A DNA stretch of 32,000 nucleotides from Prochlorococcus marinus subsp. pastoris str. CCMP1986 (GTDB taxonomy: Bacteria > Cyanobacteriota > Cyanobacteriia > PCC-6307 > Cyanobiaceae): positions 1,110,001-1,142,000 of the forward strand of contig NC_005072.1 of assembly GCF_000011465.1 (NCBI RefSeq). Reading direction: 5' to 3'. Positions 29,018 to 32,000 of this stretch are shown here, in pieces. Made by a program: the position numbers and the translations under genes. The notes under the pieces are model-generated. The model made no database searches, was not told where the DNA came from, and saw only the letters and a program-made list of their open reading frames with translations. Each line of letters starts with the position of its first letter. The first letter of the stretch is position 1.

Positions 29018-29951
29018 TTCTTAAAGGGTATATATCGTATTTTTTGATAATTTCCTTAATTTCAGTACATATATCTTTATGAGTATTGATATTACTGGAT
29101 GCAACGATGATACCCCCTTGCTCGAAATTTGATTTCCCGTAAATAAGTTCTTGATTATCTAAATTTGTAATTACTCCTCCTGCTGTTTTTAAAATAGCTT
29201 CTGGTGCAGCAAAATCCCAATCTTTAGGGGAGCTTTTCCCCATTAGGCTCAAACTTATATAAATATCGCTTTCTCCTCTGATGATTGATGCGATCTTACA
29301 GCCTATACTTCCCATTGTAATTACTTTATAAAAATCAATTTTTTGAATTAATTTTTTTATTATTTCATTTCTATGATTTTTACTTGTTACTAAACTCATA
29401 TCTTTAAGACTTTTGTTTGTAGATAAATTGGGTTTAATTTTTGATCCATCTTTTTTTTCTCCCCAAACTTTTTCTCCATCCGTAATCCATAATTCATCTT
29501 TATCTGGTATTAAAACAATTCCAATATATGGCTTATTCTTATAATTTAAAGCTAGATGCATTGCATAGTTCCCTGTCCCTTGAATAAAATCCTTAGTCCC
29601 ATCAAGAGGGTCAAGAACCCAAATCCAATCAGCATTATTATTACAACTTTCAGAGGTTAATTTTACGTTTTCCTCACTTAAAATTTCCCAATTAATGTCT
29701 TTATATTTTTCATTAATTCTTTTAATGATTACCTCATTAACTTTTAAATCTGCCTTTGTTACTGGATCATCTAAATTATCATTTTTTAGTATATTGCTTT
29801 TGTTGTTTGAATCTTTTACTATTTTAGAGTAATAAATTAAGGTTTCATAAGCTTCCCAGCTAAAAGCCCGTAAATCATCGATAAGATTTTCAAGATAAAC
29901 ACCAGAGGGTAATTTAATCACTAAATGAATATTAAACAACCATCTTCTCAT
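29010..29951 (-). CDS. cysQ: 3'(2'),5'-bisphosphate nucleotidase / inositol-monophosphatase family
   Basis: [25 protein letters not shown] and [20 protein letters not shown]. Confidence 0.93.
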   Translation of the reverse strand: MRRWLFNIHLVIKLPSGVYLENLIDDLRAFSWEAYETLIYYSKIVKDSNNKSNILKNDNLDDPVTKADLKVNEVIIKRINEKYKDINWEILSEENVKLTSESCNNNADWIWVLDPLDGTKDFIQGTGNYAMHLALNYKNKPYIGIVLIPDKDELWITDGEKVWGEKKDGSKIKPNLSTNKSLKDMSLVTSKNHRNEIIKKLIQKIDFYKVITMGSIGCKIASIIRGESDIYISLSLMGKSSPKDWDFAAPEAILKTAGGVITNLDNQELIYGKSNFEQGGIIVASSNINTHKDICTEIKEIIKKYDIYPLRIN

Positions 29952-30788
29952 AAAAATCCAGAACCTGAAAGTAGCGTTTTATATATTGTTGGTACGCCCA
30001 TAGGGAATTTAAGTGATTTATCCTCAAGAGCAATAAATATTTTAAAAAATGTTTCTTTAATTGCATGCGAAGATACTAGACAAACAAAAAAAATAATGAA
30101 CAAATTCGAATTCACAAATAATCTTATAAGCTTCAATAAGCATAATTCTTTAAAAAAAATCCCAAGAATAATTAATGATCTAAACTCAGGAAAATCGGTA
30201 GCCTTAGTCAGTGATGCTGGGATGCCAAGTATTTGTGATCCTGGGGAGGATCTTGTTAAGAATGTTAGGTCGAATGGATCAAATATAATTTGTATCCCGG
30301 GACCATGCGCAGCTCTTACTGCCCTTGTATCAAGTGGTTTGCCTTCTTCTAAATTTATATTTGAAGGTTTTCTTCCAAAAAAAAAGTCACAAAGAGAAAA
30401 AATTCTTTTTGAAATCAGTAAAAATGAAAAGACTACAATTATTTATGAATCTCCTCATCGCCTAAAGAAATTACTGAATGAACTAAAAATTTATTGCGGT
30501 GGCGAAAGAGAAATTCAAGTCTCCCGAGAACTAACAAAAAAGTTTGAAGAACATATTGGTAATGATATTAATAACGTAATAAAAACTTTTCAAGAAAAAG
30601 AGGTAATAGGTGAGTTAACTATAGTTATTAAGGGAATCAAGAAAGAAAGCAACTTATTAATTAACAAATCAGATTTAAAAAAAGAGCTTAACGAATTAAT
30701 TAAGGCCGGATTAAGCTTATCAGCCGCATCAAAATACTTAGCAAAAAAACATGGAATTAAAAAAAGCGAAACTTATAATTTGAATTAA
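29925..30788 (+). CDS. rsmI: 16S rRNA (cytidine1402-2'-O)-methyltransferase
   Basis: LYIVGTPIGNLSDLSSRAI, ACEDTRQTKK, SDAGMPSICDPG. Confidence 0.97.
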   Translation: MNIKQPSSHKNPEPESSVLYIVGTPIGNLSDLSSRAINILKNVSLIACEDTRQTKKIMNKFEFTNNLISFNKHNSLKKIPRIINDLNSGKSVALVSDAGMPSICDPGEDLVKNVRSNGSNIICIPGPCAALTALVSSGLPSSKFIFEGFLPKKKSQREKILFEISKNEKTTIIYESPHRLKKLLNELKIYCGGEREIQVSRELTKKFEEHIGNDINNVIKTFQEKEVIGELTIVIKGIKKESNLLINKSDLKKELNELIKAGLSLSAASKYLAKKHGIKKSETYNLN

Positions 30789-30809
30789 TATTTATATAAA
30801 TAAAAGAAT

Positions 30810-31028
30810 ATGCCTCTTCGATTAAAAAACTTAGTTTTCAACGTAACATTCAATTCTTGTTTGTTTTTAATATTAATAATTGGTATTCAAAATAGTTCAA
30901 AGAAAAGTAGTATTAATTTGTTGATAGATGAAACAGTAAATTTACCAATTAGTTTTATTATTGGATCAAGTTTCATAAGCGGATCTATTATTGGAAGTAT
31001 CCTAAGTTCAAATTCCGGTAATAAATAA
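30810..31028 (+). CDS. Small two-TM hypothetical membrane protein (LapA/DUF1049-like topology)
   Basis: 72 aa, two hydrophobic segments VTFNSCLFLILIIGIQN and LPISFIIGSSFISGSIIGSIL. Confidence 0.5.
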   Translation: MPLRLKNLVFNVTFNSCLFLILIIGIQNSSKKSSINLLIDETVNLPISFIIGSSFISGSIIGSILSSNSGNK

Positions 31029-31031
31029 TAA

Positions 31032-31688
31032 TTAAAGCGCTATTAATTTTTCAGAACTTACAATCCTTGAAATTCCGCGAGATCGCAAAATAGGTGCAAC
31101 TATTCTGAAAACATCTGTATTTGGAACCTTAATTACTTTTTGTTCCTTATTACAAAATCTCTTTGCAATTTTTAAATCAAAAAATATTGAAATAGTTTTT
31201 CTATTTAAATCATCAATTGGAAGAAAACTCCATTCTGGATAATCTTTTAATAGTTTTATTTCTAACTCAATTTTTTTATCAACTATCATATAAACCAAAT
31301 CTGGTAATTTAATTTCTGAAATTGACACTGATGATAAATCTTTTTGTTTTTCAGGCAGTTCATCAAGTAAAGGAGGAACCTCACAGAAAGATTGTACGAA
31401 AAAGCTCTCATTAGCACTATAGGTATCAATATCTTTCTTATTTTCTTCCTCACTAAAAGAATCTGTTTTTCTGAAATTAGTTCCACCTATAGTTTTTTTT
31501 GTTTGACTAGAAAAGGATATTTTTTTTTTAAATTTCTTAAAATCAATTTCTCCAAAAATTATCTTTAACTGTCTTGTTATTGTTTGTTGTGAAAATTGAA
31601 AACTTTTAGATATTTCCTGAATTGAATTGCCTTGAATAAATAAATCTTTTATTTGTTTTTTTTGTAGTTCAGAAACTTTCTTGGACAC
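31032..31688 (-). CDS. Hypothetical protein with N-terminal helix-turn-helix
   Basis: LQKKQIKDLFIQGNSIQEISKSFQFSQQTITRQLKIIFGE resembles an HTH; C-terminal conserved-looking domain. Confidence 0.6.
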   Translation of the reverse strand: MSKKVSELQKKQIKDLFIQGNSIQEISKSFQFSQQTITRQLKIIFGEIDFKKFKKKISFSSQTKKTIGGTNFRKTDSFSEEENKKDIDTYSANESFFVQSFCEVPPLLDELPEKQKDLSSVSISEIKLPDLVYMIVDKKIELEIKLLKDYPEWSFLPIDDLNRKTISIFFDLKIAKRFCNKEQKVIKVPNTDVFRIVAPILRSRGISRIVSSEKLIAL

Positions 31689-31785
31689 AAAATTTAATAT
31701 GGATTAATTTTTATTTTACTATATAAAATTATGCTAAATTTAAAAAAAAATCAACTCAGACTTAAAAGTGAAATAGTTTAAAAAT

Positions 31786-32000
31786 ATGATAAATAATTTA
31801 AAATCAGATTTAAAATTGCAGCCTGTAATTTTATCAGGAGGAAAGGGTTCAAGACTTTGGCCTTTATCTAGAGAATGTTATCCAAAACAATATTTAGAAT
31901 TATATGAGGGAAATAAGTTTTCGTTATTGCAGAATACTTTTTTAAGACTAAATCTCTTAGATAACTTAGAGCCTCCAATAATAATTTGTAATGAATCACA
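31786..32000 (+). CDS. Mannose-1-phosphate guanylyltransferase, N-terminal part (runs off window)
   Basis: Manual translation MINNLKSDLKLQPVILSGGKGSRLWPLSRECYPKQYLELYEGNKFSLLQNTFLRL. Confidence 0.93.
   Translation, partial: MINNLKSDLKLQPVILSGGKGSRLWPLSRECYPKQYLELYEGNKFSLLQNTFLRLNLLDNLEPPIIICNES

Noticed and set aside
1-32000. CRISPR array, transposase, integrase, phage or known defence genes
   Set aside because: No regularly spaced repeats or family motifs for these were seen on manual reading; a tool-based search would be needed to exclude weak cases.

Overview
AT-rich, gene-dense cyanobacterial chromosome segment. The gene content and order (psbC C-terminus / maf / cobQ / ferredoxin; futA-like iron protein; glyQ; MIF homologue; flavodoxin; sppA-aroH-DUF2808-rpmH-rnpA-PH protein-yidC-Ycf46-like ATPase-serS-rseP-rpsN-pnp) strongly suggest a high-light Prochlorococcus; this species call is inference. 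Most of the window is ordinary core housekeeping sequence. I found no CRISPR array, IS element, phage, restriction-modification or recognisable defence system. The least explained stretch is ~4.45-5.98 kb, between a large predicted secreted/outer-membrane protein and tRNA-Ser(CGA). It holds a same-strand chain of very small ORFs joined by 4-nt start/stop overlaps. The chain includes two adjacent, weakly similar W-x-K-E-x-L micro-proteins. It also includes an ORF apparently truncated by a frame-shifting 29-nt-spaced repeat; removing 29 nt restores an ORF whose stop overlaps the next start. Also noted: a 56-aa ORF missing from the supplied track directly upstream of the MIF homologue, a hairpin/dyad in the leader of the iron-binding protein gene, an Ig-like insertion in YidC, and several start-site anomalies. 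rpmH (20159..20296) and two other short ORFs were read manually because they fall below the ORF-track length cutoff.
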